Assembly: GCA_031278395.1 (NCBI GenBank)
Contig: JAITKM010000007.1
Coordinates: 64,981 to 128,980, forward strand
From: Deltaproteobacteria bacterium
GTDB taxonomy: Bacteria > Bdellovibrionota_C > UBA2361 > SZUA-149 > JAITKM01
Direction of reading: 5' to 3'
DNA length: 64,000 nucleotides
Shown in pieces: positions 48,672 through 58,129 of the stretch; position 1 is the first letter of the stretch, and the number at the start of each line of letters is the position of its first letter. The notes beneath the pieces are model-generated. The model ran no database searches. It was not told the origin of the DNA and saw only the letters and a list, made by a program, of their open reading frames with translations. A program made the position numbers and the translations under genes.

Positions 48672-49850
48672 ATGTTACAAAATTTACACCTCCCTCAATA
48701 TTATAAATCAACCTTGATTGAACAGATAAAATCGCAAGCTCCAAATTCTGCGCGAGATCAAACTCCATATACAGTTCAGTTAGGCAAGCTAACTTTTAAA
48801 TTAGCAAGACACTTTGGTTTTTGTTTTGGGGTGCAGCAGGCGTTAAGTTTAGCTTATAAAACTATTGCTGAAAATAAAGGCAAACGTGTTTTTCTTTTAA
48901 GTGAAATAATTCATAACCCTATTATTTATGACGATCTAGTTAAACAAGGTATAAAGTTTTTAATGGATTCTAAAAGTAATATTTTAATTCCATTTGAAAC
49001 CTTAAAACCTGACGACATTGTGTTGATTCCGGCTTTTGGCATTACTTTAGAATTGCGAAAACATTTGCAAGATTTAGGAATTGACATTTTAAGATACGAC
49101 ACGACCTGTCCTTTTGTGCAAAAAGTCTGGAACACCGTGAAAAAACTAGGACAAACTGGCTATACAATTATTATCCATGGCAATCCAAACCATGAAGAAA
49201 CCAAGGCTACTTTTTCATATGCTCAAGCTATCGCTCCGACTTTAATTCTTAAAAATAAAAATGAAGCTTTAAAATTAGCAGATTTTATTAAAGACAGGAC
49301 TGAGTTAAGTAAATTTAATGCTAATTTTAGGCATTGTTCTAAAAATTTTGACCCGCAACAAGATTTAATCAAAATCGGCTTAGTTCAACAAACTACAATG
49401 TTAACTAATGAAACCGAAGAGATAAGCGAGATTTTAAAAACCGCTCTTAACCAAAAAAACAAAGCTGAGAATATCGGAGAAGCTATTTTTGCTGATACTA
49501 AGCATACCCTTTGTTATGCCACGCAAGCCAATCAATTAGCTACTAAAGTTTTATGTCAAACTAGTAATGCTGATTTAGCGTTCATTGTGGGTGGCTATAA
49601 TAGTTCAAATACTAAGCACTTGGTTGAGTTAGCTTCGCAAGATTTAAAAACATTTTTTATTAAAGATAGTGCGGAGATTTTAAACTCAAAAACAATCCGG
49701 CATTTTGATATTCAGACCTCTACAATCCAAGAAACCACAGACTGGCTACCTACCAAAAGCAACTTAATAATTGCTATTTCCGCTGGTGCAAGCTGCCCTG
49801 ACAAGGCGCTTGAGGAGGTTATGTTAAAAATCCAAGCTTTGGCGACATAA
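48672..49850 (+). CDS. ispH: 4-hydroxy-3-methylbut-2-enyl diphosphate reductase
   Basis: LytB-family motifs (FGFCFGVQQA, conserved Cys positions). A long-form IspH. Confidence 0.8.
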   Translation: MLQNLHLPQYYKSTLIEQIKSQAPNSARDQTPYTVQLGKLTFKLARHFGFCFGVQQALSLAYKTIAENKGKRVFLLSEIIHNPIIYDDLVKQGIKFLMDSKSNILIPFETLKPDDIVLIPAFGITLELRKHLQDLGIDILRYDTTCPFVQKVWNTVKKLGQTGYTIIIHGNPNHEETKATFSYAQAIAPTLILKNKNEALKLADFIKDRTELSKFNANFRHCSKNFDPQQDLIKIGLVQQTTMLTNETEEISEILKTALNQKNKAENIGEAIFADTKHTLCYATQANQLATKVLCQTSNADLAFIVGGYNSSNTKHLVELASQDLKTFFIKDSAEILNSKTIRHFDIQTSTIQETTDWLPTKSNLIIAISAGASCPDKALEEVMLKIQALAT

Positions 49851-49878
49851 AGTCCCCCTACTTGATAAGAGAGAATTA

Positions 49879-50049
49879 TATCCCTTCCCCCATGGTCTCA
49901 CGCCAACTTTTAGGAATGTTAGCAGCTCCTTTAGTATTCATATATCGTGTAACTTCACGTTTCTCTTGTGCCGTATTTTGTTCCTGAAAAATAATCGTCC
50001 CACCAAAAATACATAGAAATAAAAAAACTATAATAAAAAGCCATTTCAT
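49879..50049 (-). CDS. possible small membrane/secreted peptide (56 aa)
   Basis: ATG ORF MKWLFIIVFLFLCIFGG... with a hydrophobic N-terminus. It is not in the ORF track and could be spurious. Confidence 0.15.
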
Positions 50050-50693
50050 AAAATTGTCTCTTGTTTTTTTTGATAAAATTTGTAACTATTCAGTAGTGGT
50101 AAAATCTAGTATCCTGCCACCATAAATAACAATATAACTGTGACTTCTTCGTAGAGACTCACACTTCAAAAAAAAGCTATTATTATGAGTATCAGCAATG
50201 TTGTTTATATAATTTCTGTTTTTTACAAAAAAAACCAATAAGTTTAATATATTAAAATTTACAGAAACAACCCGATACCAAAAAAAATATTAGAGAGTAA
50301 AGATAAAAATTAATACTATTAATGTTATTACAATTTTTTTCTAAATGTCACATTTTTTCAGTATTAAATAATAACCATATTACAACAAATTGTTTAAAGT
50401 AGATGTGAGAAAACGAGCGTCTCGTCTAGCTAAGATTAGTTATAGAAATTAGAAAACTTATTTCACCCCGATTACGCCAAGTGGTGACTGTTTACAGTTG
50501 TAAAAAGTTTAAGACTGGATCGAACCCCTCAGAAAAAAAAGATAGGACCTCTCTCCTTTATATTTTCATATTTATTTTATCGTGGAACTATTGCTAATCG
50601 TTTTATTTTTTGTTATGCATTCCGCCCGCGTTTAATATGTAATGCGTTTAATCTTATAAAATTTTTTATATTGAGTAGAAGAGTCTAAGGATA

Positions 50694-50745
50694 AAGCCAA
50701 CATTTATAACAACTTAGAGTTTTGTTATAGATGTTGGCTTTTTTA
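50694..50745 (+). terminator. rho-independent terminator (19-bp stem, 9-nt loop, T6 tail)
   Basis: aagccaacatttataacaa / ttgttatagatgttggctt pair with one mismatch and are followed by tttttt. Confidence 0.6.
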
Positions 50746-50802
50746 TGCAAAAGGTTGTCTTTTGTTGGTCAACAAATAATCTTAAAAAGAAAGGGTTAGT
50801 TT

Positions 50803-51141
50803 ATGAAAACCACAAAAGAGAAAGTAGAAACAATCAGTTCTATCTTGCAAAAATTTCCTTCTTTAAAAGAACTGTTAGAAGGAGATACTTACAAGATTCG
50901 CAACATCCTCAACGAAGATCCAAGATTAATTTGTATAGCAAGAAATTTCATCAATGATTATATTTACCTAATAAAATATAACATCCAACAGTTAGAAATC
51001 CAGCTTAACTGTTGTAATGAAAAAGAAAAACGTAATCAAATGGTTGTTCAAATATCAAAAATTGATCAATTTCTGACATTTTTAAACGACAGAGACTGTT
51101 GGTTAGAAAAGTTACAAATAGAATTCGCTGATCATTGCTAA
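50803..51141 (+). CDS. hypothetical protein (112 aa), monocistronic
   Basis: The ORF is bracketed by intrinsic terminators on both sides. Confidence 0.35.
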   Translation: MKTTKEKVETISSILQKFPSLKELLEGDTYKIRNILNEDPRLICIARNFINDYIYLIKYNIQQLEIQLNCCNEKEKRNQMVVQISKIDQFLTFLNDRDCWLEKLQIEFADHC

Positions 51142-51162
51142 CCAACTTCTTTCACGGCTTTT

Positions 51163-51230
51163 AACTTGTGTTAAAATTTTACTTTTCTCCACTTTGATCA
51201 TAAAATTTTAACACAAGTTTTTTTGTTTTT
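51163..51230 (+). terminator. rho-independent terminator (perfect 18-bp stem, T-rich tail)
   Basis: aacttgtgttaaaatttt ... aaaattttaacacaagtt followed by tttttttgttttt. Confidence 0.65.
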
Positions 51231-51400
51231 CCCAAAAGGTTTTAACTGTATAAACAAGTCAATAAAATTTCTTCTAACCCTTTAGAAAAAATGGTAATTT
51301 TTATTTGTCCTTATCATCATCTAGTAACCAATCAGGGGCAGACATCACATAATTTTTATCTCTATAATACTACCAAATTGAACTCGCCAATATCCCTAAA

Positions 51401-52036
51401 TCATCTCGCCGCGCAAAAATGCTTAATAACACACCGTTCACAAGCTGGTTTGCGGGCAAAACAAACAGCCCGTCCGTGCAAAATAATTCTCAAGCTAAAA
51501 TTACTCCACTCCCTTTTAGGCACAATCTCACACAAATCAGCCTCAACTTTCTGTGGACTGCTTTGGGTAGTCAACCCTAGCCGATTAGCAATGCGCAAAA
51601 CATGCGTATCTACTGGAAGTCCAGGCACTCCAAAAGCTTGACCTAAAATTACATTAGCAGTCTTTCGCCCAACACCCGACAACTTAACTAAATCCTCCAT
51701 ACTACACGGAACTTGCCCCTGGTATTGGCTTAAAATTATCTCTGCTGTCTTTTTAAGACTTTTCGCCTTTTGCCGAAAAAATCCAACTGAATGAATTAAC
51801 TTCTCTAATCGCGCCTGTGGACATTGAACATAATCCTGCACCTGCCTTAACTGCTTAAACAACACTTGAGTAACTTCATTAACTCGCACATCTGTGCACT
51901 GAGCAGATAAAATCGTCGCTACCAATAATTCAAAGGGATTTGAAAAATTAAGCGGTGGCGTTGTATCAGGATAACTCTTTTTTAGTTCAGCATTAATAGC
52001 TTTAGCTTGTGCCTTGAGCGCAACTTTAGTTTTCAT
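51401..52036 (-). CDS. nth: endonuclease III
   Basis: HhH-GPD motif (LSGVGRKTANVILGQAFG) and a C-terminal [4Fe-4S] Cys cluster (CxxxxxxCxxCxxxxxC). Confidence 0.9.
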   Translation of the reverse strand: MKTKVALKAQAKAINAELKKSYPDTTPPLNFSNPFELLVATILSAQCTDVRVNEVTQVLFKQLRQVQDYVQCPQARLEKLIHSVGFFRQKAKSLKKTAEIILSQYQGQVPCSMEDLVKLSGVGRKTANVILGQAFGVPGLPVDTHVLRIANRLGLTTQSSPQKVEADLCEIVPKREWSNFSLRIILHGRAVCFARKPACERCVIKHFCAAR

Positions 52037-52041
52037 AAATT

Positions 52042-53745
52042 TTAGTCACCCTTTTTCGACTTCCATAAACGCAAAATAAAATCAAGCAGCAAAATTAGTC
52101 CAGCCAACAAAATCAAAAGCTGCCACAATTCTTGCCGCTTTTCATTTTCAGCTTTTTTACTCTCCGCATTAAGGTTCTCAAGATTCAAATCCTCATTAAC
52201 ATAAAATTTATGTCTCAGATTAGTATTAGACTCTGTTGGATCAGCTATTTCATTGGCAAATCCTGCGCTACTACTATTTAACCAATCGATTAAGTTTAAA
52301 AACATAATTGAAGTTAAGGGAGTTTTTGCTCCCTCAAAAGGCAATAACTCAAACCCAATGCCTGCAAATCTTGTTCCTTCATTCTCACCAGCCACCATAA
52401 TTGCTCCCTGTTCTGTATTAATTATTGCCTGCGCCCACTTAGAAGGTTTAAAAATTAAAGAAGTCTTAAGCTCTAACAAGTTTAATTTTAAATACGAAGT
52501 AAGTATATGAGTATTTTCAAATGACGTAACCTTAGGCAAATTAACTTTAAGAGGTGAATTTTGTTTATCTAGCGCCAAAGGAAAAAGCGGGTTTTCCCTT
52601 GGCGGCAAAATTAAAAGTGTCGGGATATGTTCGGCATATAATGGTGCTGTCCGATGAAAAATTAAAGTAGCGTACCGCTGAACTTCATTATGCGCTAATT
52701 TATTAAACTCCTCTGGCGCAATAACTTTAAATTTAAAATTAGAAATATTTTTTAAACCTAGTTTTTCTTTTGCCAACTGTGAAATAACTAAAATGCTACT
52801 GGCAGCCGTATCAGCAACTGCAAGCTGGGCAGTATTATCCAAGGCTATGGAATCTATAAAATCCGCGGTCTGGTTCGGAAAAATTTCGAGTTTATAATTA
52901 ACAGCGTCCGCTTGTTTCTCAGCTAATACAGTTTGGGCATTAAACAACACTTGAGCATTTGCGCCGGCTAGAAGTTTGATTTTTTGTTCCTCGATTAACT
53001 TAAAATCAGAGTTGCCTACTTGCTTAAATAATTTAACTGGAAATGTCGCGGAGCCAACTCCGGAATAAAATACTCCAGCTTGAAGTTTGCCATCTTGATT
53101 AAGTCTCAAACTATTAATATAGGCATTGGACTGGGGGATACCGACAACTAAACTCGTTACCCGCTGAGTTAGTTGTTTTGTATCTCCCGCTATTTTATCG
53201 CTAACTACCAAGATTTTATTAAATACTGGATTCTGCAAAAGTTCAGCTAAGTTTAAGGTTAGATTATCCGAAGTTTTAGAAACTGTTATTTGATTTATAG
53301 CCCTTAGCACTTCGTTTTTATCAGCCTCTTCTAAAACTTTCTCTAATTTAGGTGAGGTTTTAAAAACTGTCCAACTCCTGCTCTTAGGTTCAGTATTAAG
53401 TTGCTCTCTAACTTTTTCCACAGCTAACTGTAAATGACTAACTCCGCTTTTTGAAACTGAGGACATGCTTAACGAATTATCAAACAAAATAACGTTGGTT
53501 GGCTTATACTTTTTAAGACTAGGCTGAATTAAAGCTAAAATTAACAAGCTTAAAGCTGTAAGTTCCAAAAAAAAACGCAGAGGTAATTTAATTTTTTGTT
53601 TAATAACCTTCCGTGCCGCAAGTTGTTTATAGATTAAGATACTCGAAACCTTCTTTAAATTACCTTGCGTTCGGTTCAAGTAGGCAAAGGCGAGCAGCGG
53701 CAAGGCGAACAATAAAAACAAAAACGGTAAATTACCAAAAATCAT
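52042..53745 (-). CDS. membrane protein with BatA-type N-terminal double-TM domain and vWA-like MIDAS, C-terminal TM anchor (567 aa)
   Basis: MIFGNLPFLFLLFALPLLAFAYLNR is the BatA N-terminal domain. DNSLSMS is MIDAS-like. A C-terminal TM is present. Confidence 0.55.
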   Translation of the reverse strand: MIFGNLPFLFLLFALPLLAFAYLNRTQGNLKKVSSILIYKQLAARKVIKQKIKLPLRFFLELTALSLLILALIQPSLKKYKPTNVILFDNSLSMSSVSKSGVSHLQLAVEKVREQLNTEPKSRSWTVFKTSPKLEKVLEEADKNEVLRAINQITVSKTSDNLTLNLAELLQNPVFNKILVVSDKIAGDTKQLTQRVTSLVVGIPQSNAYINSLRLNQDGKLQAGVFYSGVGSATFPVKLFKQVGNSDFKLIEEQKIKLLAGANAQVLFNAQTVLAEKQADAVNYKLEIFPNQTADFIDSIALDNTAQLAVADTAASSILVISQLAKEKLGLKNISNFKFKVIAPEEFNKLAHNEVQRYATLIFHRTAPLYAEHIPTLLILPPRENPLFPLALDKQNSPLKVNLPKVTSFENTHILTSYLKLNLLELKTSLIFKPSKWAQAIINTEQGAIMVAGENEGTRFAGIGFELLPFEGAKTPLTSIMFLNLIDWLNSSSAGFANEIADPTESNTNLRHKFYVNEDLNLENLNAESKKAENEKRQELWQLLILLAGLILLLDFILRLWKSKKGD

Positions 53746-53807
53746 AAAATATTATTCTAGTAGCTTGTAATATTTAAAACTTGTTCCCTACCCCTCTTCT
53801 TAGAAAA

Positions 53808-53878
53808 TTAAACCACAGAGCGCACAGAGAACAAAGAGTTTTTTATTAGAATCCTCCTCTGTACTCTCGGTAGTTTAA
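53808..53878. repeat. intergenic repeat motif copy 3 plus its imperfect inverted partner (palindromic, REP/MITE-like unit)
   Basis: ttaaaccacagagcgcacagag ... 27 nt ... ctctgtactctcggtagtttaa. Confidence 0.4.
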
Positions 53879-53917
53879 AAAAACCAGTTGTAAAGTTTTA
53901 GATGTACACCCTACTGG

Positions 53918-54805
53918 TTAGCGTAATAATCCTAAACTTGGCAGTCGTTGTAGCAGGACACTTTCTATATCTTCAGCAGTTGAAATCAGAACGTGCGGCA
54001 CACCGGACTTTTTAGCAAATTTCTCTATTTGCTCAATATGATCTACTAAAATTTTAAGATATTCACGTTTTGACTTCTCATCTAAAGCCAGCTCAATTAC
54101 TGCATTACTTTCAACGTCCAACACCTTGGTAGTTGTTAAATTTAATTCCAAATTTAACTCAGCTGGAGTTAGCACTTGCAATAAGACAACTTCAAAATTT
54201 TTCCCCACTAATAATTTAATGCCTGCAATTATTTGTTCTAAATTACAAAGAAAATCAGAAATCACAAAACATTTTCCAGGGGTTTTGAGTTTTTGGACTG
54301 CTAACCCTAGCTCCAATGGCAAATCAATTTCTCCGCAAGGCGTAATTTTATTTAAAAAATTTTCAGCTTTGGCAATTAATCTTGGATTAATAAATTTTGG
54401 TGAATTCTCTTGTCCTAACACAGAAAAAGTTACAGTATCTCCATCAGTCAAGGCAACATACCCTAAGGCTAAGGCTAACTTGGAACAAAAAGCAAACTTA
54501 TGATCCTCACTCTGCATTGAACCACTACCATCTAGCAGAAACATAACATTTAAGTCCTGCTCTTCACGAAATTGTTTAATATATAATCTATCCGAACGAG
54601 CGAAGGCTCCCCAGTCAATATTTCTAAAATCATCACCTGGCGTATAAAGTTTATAATCTGAAAACTCTAAGCCATGCCCCTTTCTAAGCGAATTATGTCC
54701 GCCTTGACGTGAGCCTAAAAACACACGTCGAGTATGAATTTTTAGCTGTTGTAACTGTTTATAAAAGCGCGGGGAAAAAGAGGATAGTAATAATTCGTCA
54801 CTCAT
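53918..54805 (-). CDS. DUF58 (vWA-like) domain protein, second copy
   Basis: DWGAFARSDRLYIKQFREEQDLNVMFLLDGSGSM is the DUF58 signature. Confidence 0.8.
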   Translation of the reverse strand: MSDELLLSSFSPRFYKQLQQLKIHTRRVFLGSRQGGHNSLRKGHGLEFSDYKLYTPGDDFRNIDWGAFARSDRLYIKQFREEQDLNVMFLLDGSGSMQSEDHKFAFCSKLALALGYVALTDGDTVTFSVLGQENSPKFINPRLIAKAENFLNKITPCGEIDLPLELGLAVQKLKTPGKCFVISDFLCNLEQIIAGIKLLVGKNFEVVLLQVLTPAELNLELNLTTTKVLDVESNAVIELALDEKSKREYLKILVDHIEQIEKFAKKSGVPHVLISTAEDIESVLLQRLPSLGLLR

Positions 54806-54818
54806 AAAACGATGAACC

Positions 54819-55820
54819 TTATTTTTTCACCACTTCCTTAATCAAGGAATCTGCTGTAATACCTTCGGCTTCAGCTTGGTAATTCAAAATCAAGCGATGG
54901 CGCAGAGCTGGGGCCAGAGCAGAATTAATATCTTCATATGCTAAGTTTAGCCGACCATCTAACAAAGCGAAAACTTTAGCCGCCAGCAGCACTGATTGCG
55001 CACCGCGTGGACCTGGTCCAAAACGAACATATTCAGCTGTGGCATCCGTGCAATTTTTACTATTCGGCGTTAAGGCAAAAATTGTTCCAATTAGCAAATC
55101 CTCAAGTGGCGGAGCAATTACTACACGTCGCACTAAAGTCCGCATCTGCATAATAATATTGGTAGTCTCAGCAGGCTCAAAAATTGGAGCAAGTTTGATA
55201 TTCTGGGTGCTAGTTGTGCGTGAAAGAATTTCTTTTAATTCAGTCGAGTTTGGCGAGGGCATTAAAACTTTAAATAAAAAGCGGTCAAGTTGAGCTTCGG
55301 GCAAAGGATATGTGCCTTCTAATTCAACTGGGTTTTGAGTTGCCAACACAAAAAATGGCTCTGGCAAACGGTGAGTTGTGCCTAGCACGCTGACTTGATG
55401 TTCTTCCATTGCCTCAAGCAAGGCTGATTGGGTTTTAGGTCCAGTGCGGTTAACTTCGTCGGCAAGCACAATATTTGAAAAAATAGGACCTGGCTTAAAA
55501 ACAAAAGAACGCCTACCGTGTTCGTCTTCGGTTAAAACCTGTGTGCCTGTAACATCGCTAGGCATTAAGTCAGAAGTAAATTGAATACGGTGAAATGATA
55601 GTCCCATGGTTTGGGCGATAGATTTGACTAGTAAAGTTTTGCCTAATCCAGGCGCACCTTCCAGTAAAACATGACCGCCCGCAAAAATAGCAGTTAAAGC
55701 TAGACGAATTGCTTCGGTCTGCCCGACGATTAATCTTGAAATTTCTGATTCAAGACGCTGAAAGGTGTTGGCAAATTCTGTAACTTGGCTACGTAATTCA
55801 TTTTGATTATTTGGTTCCAT
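54819..55820 (-). CDS. MoxR-family AAA+ ATPase, second copy
   Basis: GAPGLGKT Walker A, VLADEVNRTGP Walker B. It is paralogous to the gene at 35912-36901. Confidence 0.9.
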   Translation of the reverse strand: MEPNNQNELRSQVTEFANTFQRLESEISRLIVGQTEAIRLALTAIFAGGHVLLEGAPGLGKTLLVKSIAQTMGLSFHRIQFTSDLMPSDVTGTQVLTEDEHGRRSFVFKPGPIFSNIVLADEVNRTGPKTQSALLEAMEEHQVSVLGTTHRLPEPFFVLATQNPVELEGTYPLPEAQLDRFLFKVLMPSPNSTELKEILSRTTSTQNIKLAPIFEPAETTNIIMQMRTLVRRVVIAPPLEDLLIGTIFALTPNSKNCTDATAEYVRFGPGPRGAQSVLLAAKVFALLDGRLNLAYEDINSALAPALRHRLILNYQAEAEGITADSLIKEVVKK

Positions 55821-56064
55821 AGTAATATTATTGATAATATTTAGAGCTGCACAAAAACACTGGGAAAGGGCTATACTAAGCTTCTTTTGATTTGTCTATA
55901 CAATCATATTTTAAGTTAAAAATCAGAACTTGCCTAATAAAACAAATTAATTGTAAGCCTAGAACTAGGTGGTTCAGAGAAACAAAACGGTAATGACAAA
56001 TTAGTAATTATTTGGTCTACAGGTAGACTAAATTATTACATAACCAACATTAATAAAACAATTT

Positions 56065-56748
56065 ATGAAAACTGGAAAACTGATTGTTGTAGAAGGGACT
56101 GATTGTTCTGGTAAGGAAACGCAGACGAATTTATTAATTGAACGTCTCAAATCTGAAAATAGAAAAATAAAAAAACTTAGTTTTCCTGCATATAATACTC
56201 CAACGGGTAAAATTGTTGGCGGTTCATATCTGGGCAAAGAACATATTGGGCAAGGTCTATTTCCTGAAGGTGCAGCAAATGTTGACCCTAAGGTTGCAGC
56301 ACTCTACTTTGCCGCTGACAGAAAATACAATGCTAAAAAGGTTATAGATTTGCTAGCTAACGGCACAAGCGTTTTACTTGACCGCTATATTGAAAGTAAT
56401 ATGGCGCATCAGGGTGGCAAATTAGTAAGCCCAGCTGAGCGCAGGGCAATGTATAATTGGCTTGAAAAGTTGGAATATGAATTGCTTGAACTACCACGAC
56501 CAGATTTAACAATTTTTTTATATATGCCGTACCAATTTGCATTAGAATTAAAGAAAAACCGAGCTGAAACAGCTGATCAACATGAAAACAGCGTAGAGCA
56601 TTTTTTACAGGCAGAAAAAGCTTTTCTTGAACTAGCTGAGCTTTACAAATTCCACCGAATCGATTGCGTGAAAAATAACCAAATCCGTAGTATTGATGAG
56701 ATTCATCAAGAAGTTGCTTCCTTAGTGTCTGGGTTAATTTTTTCTTGA
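56065..56748 (+). CDS. tmk: thymidylate kinase
   Basis: IVVEGTDCSGKETQ P-loop and DRY-like motif (LDRYIESN). Confidence 0.85.
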   Translation: MKTGKLIVVEGTDCSGKETQTNLLIERLKSENRKIKKLSFPAYNTPTGKIVGGSYLGKEHIGQGLFPEGAANVDPKVAALYFAADRKYNAKKVIDLLANGTSVLLDRYIESNMAHQGGKLVSPAERRAMYNWLEKLEYELLELPRPDLTIFLYMPYQFALELKKNRAETADQHENSVEHFLQAEKAFLELAELYKFHRIDCVKNNQIRSIDEIHQEVASLVSGLIFS

Positions 56749-56755
56749 CTAGACA

Positions 56756-57598
56756 CTAATACCTAAAAACTCGTTCGTGCAGACGATTTACAGGGAGAGT
56801 TGTTTTATTACGAATTAGACTAAATTCTGACCAATCCAGCGGAATGTTAAAATTTGCTCCAAATAACCAATGAGTATCAAGTAAATCTCGATCAAAGTAA
56901 TATTGAAACGCAAATTGTATGAATTGAACTGGATTATAAGTTGCCTTGAGTTTTAAAGAATCTCGATTACTAATACCTCTAGCATTAAAATCGTCATAAC
57001 CCAAATAAACACGAGTTACTCCATAATCTTCTGAAAATGGAAGTCGAATTCCTAATTCAGCATTATAACCCCAGAACGCATATTCATTTGAGCCGTTTAA
57101 AACTGAATGAATTGCAGTCGTATTAAAATAAGTTTGGCGAGTTTTGCCCGCAACCCCTTCTTTTCTGGAGAAAGGTATAAAGCCATTAACTCTGGCGTCA
57201 AAATATTCTGACAAAAATTCCATCCCGATCCCCAACTGGTTATAAGTGTTATCATTAACTGTCCACTGTCTATCATAATAAACATTGGCTCCAACAACAG
57301 CTCCTTCATAAAAAAAGTTTGGTGTCCAAAGCCGAATACCAGCGCCAAGATTTAACTCTTCGCTCCTCCCACCGGCTTTCCAATTATTAGAATGAGTCCA
57401 AGCTGGATCAATAAAAAACACTGCATTAGAATTCCCAGTTACATTTGTAAGACCGTCAAAGTGAAAATCGCCTGTATTTCGACTAGCTAAAAAATTAAAG
57501 TTAGGATTAGTAGTGTTTTGTGGATATTCAGCCAGAGCTAAAGTAGTTACATTTAACAAAATGAGGCAAGAGATTAGAGTTTTTTTAAAGTTGTTCAT
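56756..57598 (-). CDS. putative outer-membrane beta-barrel protein
   Basis: Signal peptide (MNNFKKTLISCLILLNVTTLALA). Alternating aromatic-rich strands. The C-terminus ends in FRY. Confidence 0.35.
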   Translation of the reverse strand: MNNFKKTLISCLILLNVTTLALAEYPQNTTNPNFNFLASRNTGDFHFDGLTNVTGNSNAVFFIDPAWTHSNNWKAGGRSEELNLGAGIRLWTPNFFYEGAVVGANVYYDRQWTVNDNTYNQLGIGMEFLSEYFDARVNGFIPFSRKEGVAGKTRQTYFNTTAIHSVLNGSNEYAFWGYNAELGIRLPFSEDYGVTRVYLGYDDFNARGISNRDSLKLKATYNPVQFIQFAFQYYFDRDLLDTHWLFGANFNIPLDWSEFSLIRNKTTLPVNRLHERVFRY

Positions 57599-57709
57599 AT
57601 TATTCTTCCTTTGTTTGGGAGAGCTCATTAAAAATTTCTTGCCTCCTAGCATGTTTTTATGATTAGCAAAACAAAATATTAAGCTCAAGCTCCTTATTAC
57701 TAAATCCTT

Positions 57710-57946
57710 ATGTTAAACCCAATTGACTCAATAATCTTTGTAATTTTGAACGCCTTAGGTATTGTGCTGGCGTTTGTCTTAATCAAAACTTTGTGGTTTT
57801 CAATCAAACAATTACTCCGAGAGCGAAACTTAGCCTTTAACAACTCGAATAAAAAAACAACTAAAGTTAACCAATATCTCAAAGTAATTGACCTTGAAAT
57901 AGCTAAACAAAAACAAAAAGAAAAAGAAAAAAAGATTATTCACTAA
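57710..57946 (+). CDS. small hypothetical membrane protein (78 aa)
   Basis: ORF with one TM and a K/E-rich tail. Weak support. Confidence 0.2.
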   Translation: MLNPIDSIIFVILNALGIVLAFVLIKTLWFSIKQLLRERNLAFNNSNKKTTKVNQYLKVIDLEIAKQKQKEKEKKIIH

Positions 57947-58129
57947 ATTATAACCAAATCAACTATCTACACACGAACTGGAGACAACGGCAAAACAAGT
58001 ATATTAAGATGTTAAATGAACCGGATATGGCACGCCTTTTTTATCCATTCCTAGTTTAAATAAAGAGTAAGCGTCATTAGCCAGATTTACTTCATCTTGA
58101 TGCACACCGTAAAGAATTTCTCCAAGCAG

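Noticed and set aside
50505-50530. tRNA-like T-arm sequence (minus-strand GAGGGGTTCGATCC)
   Set aside because: No complementary T-stem, no acceptor stem or CCA, and no D or anticodon arms could be built. Likely a chance match.
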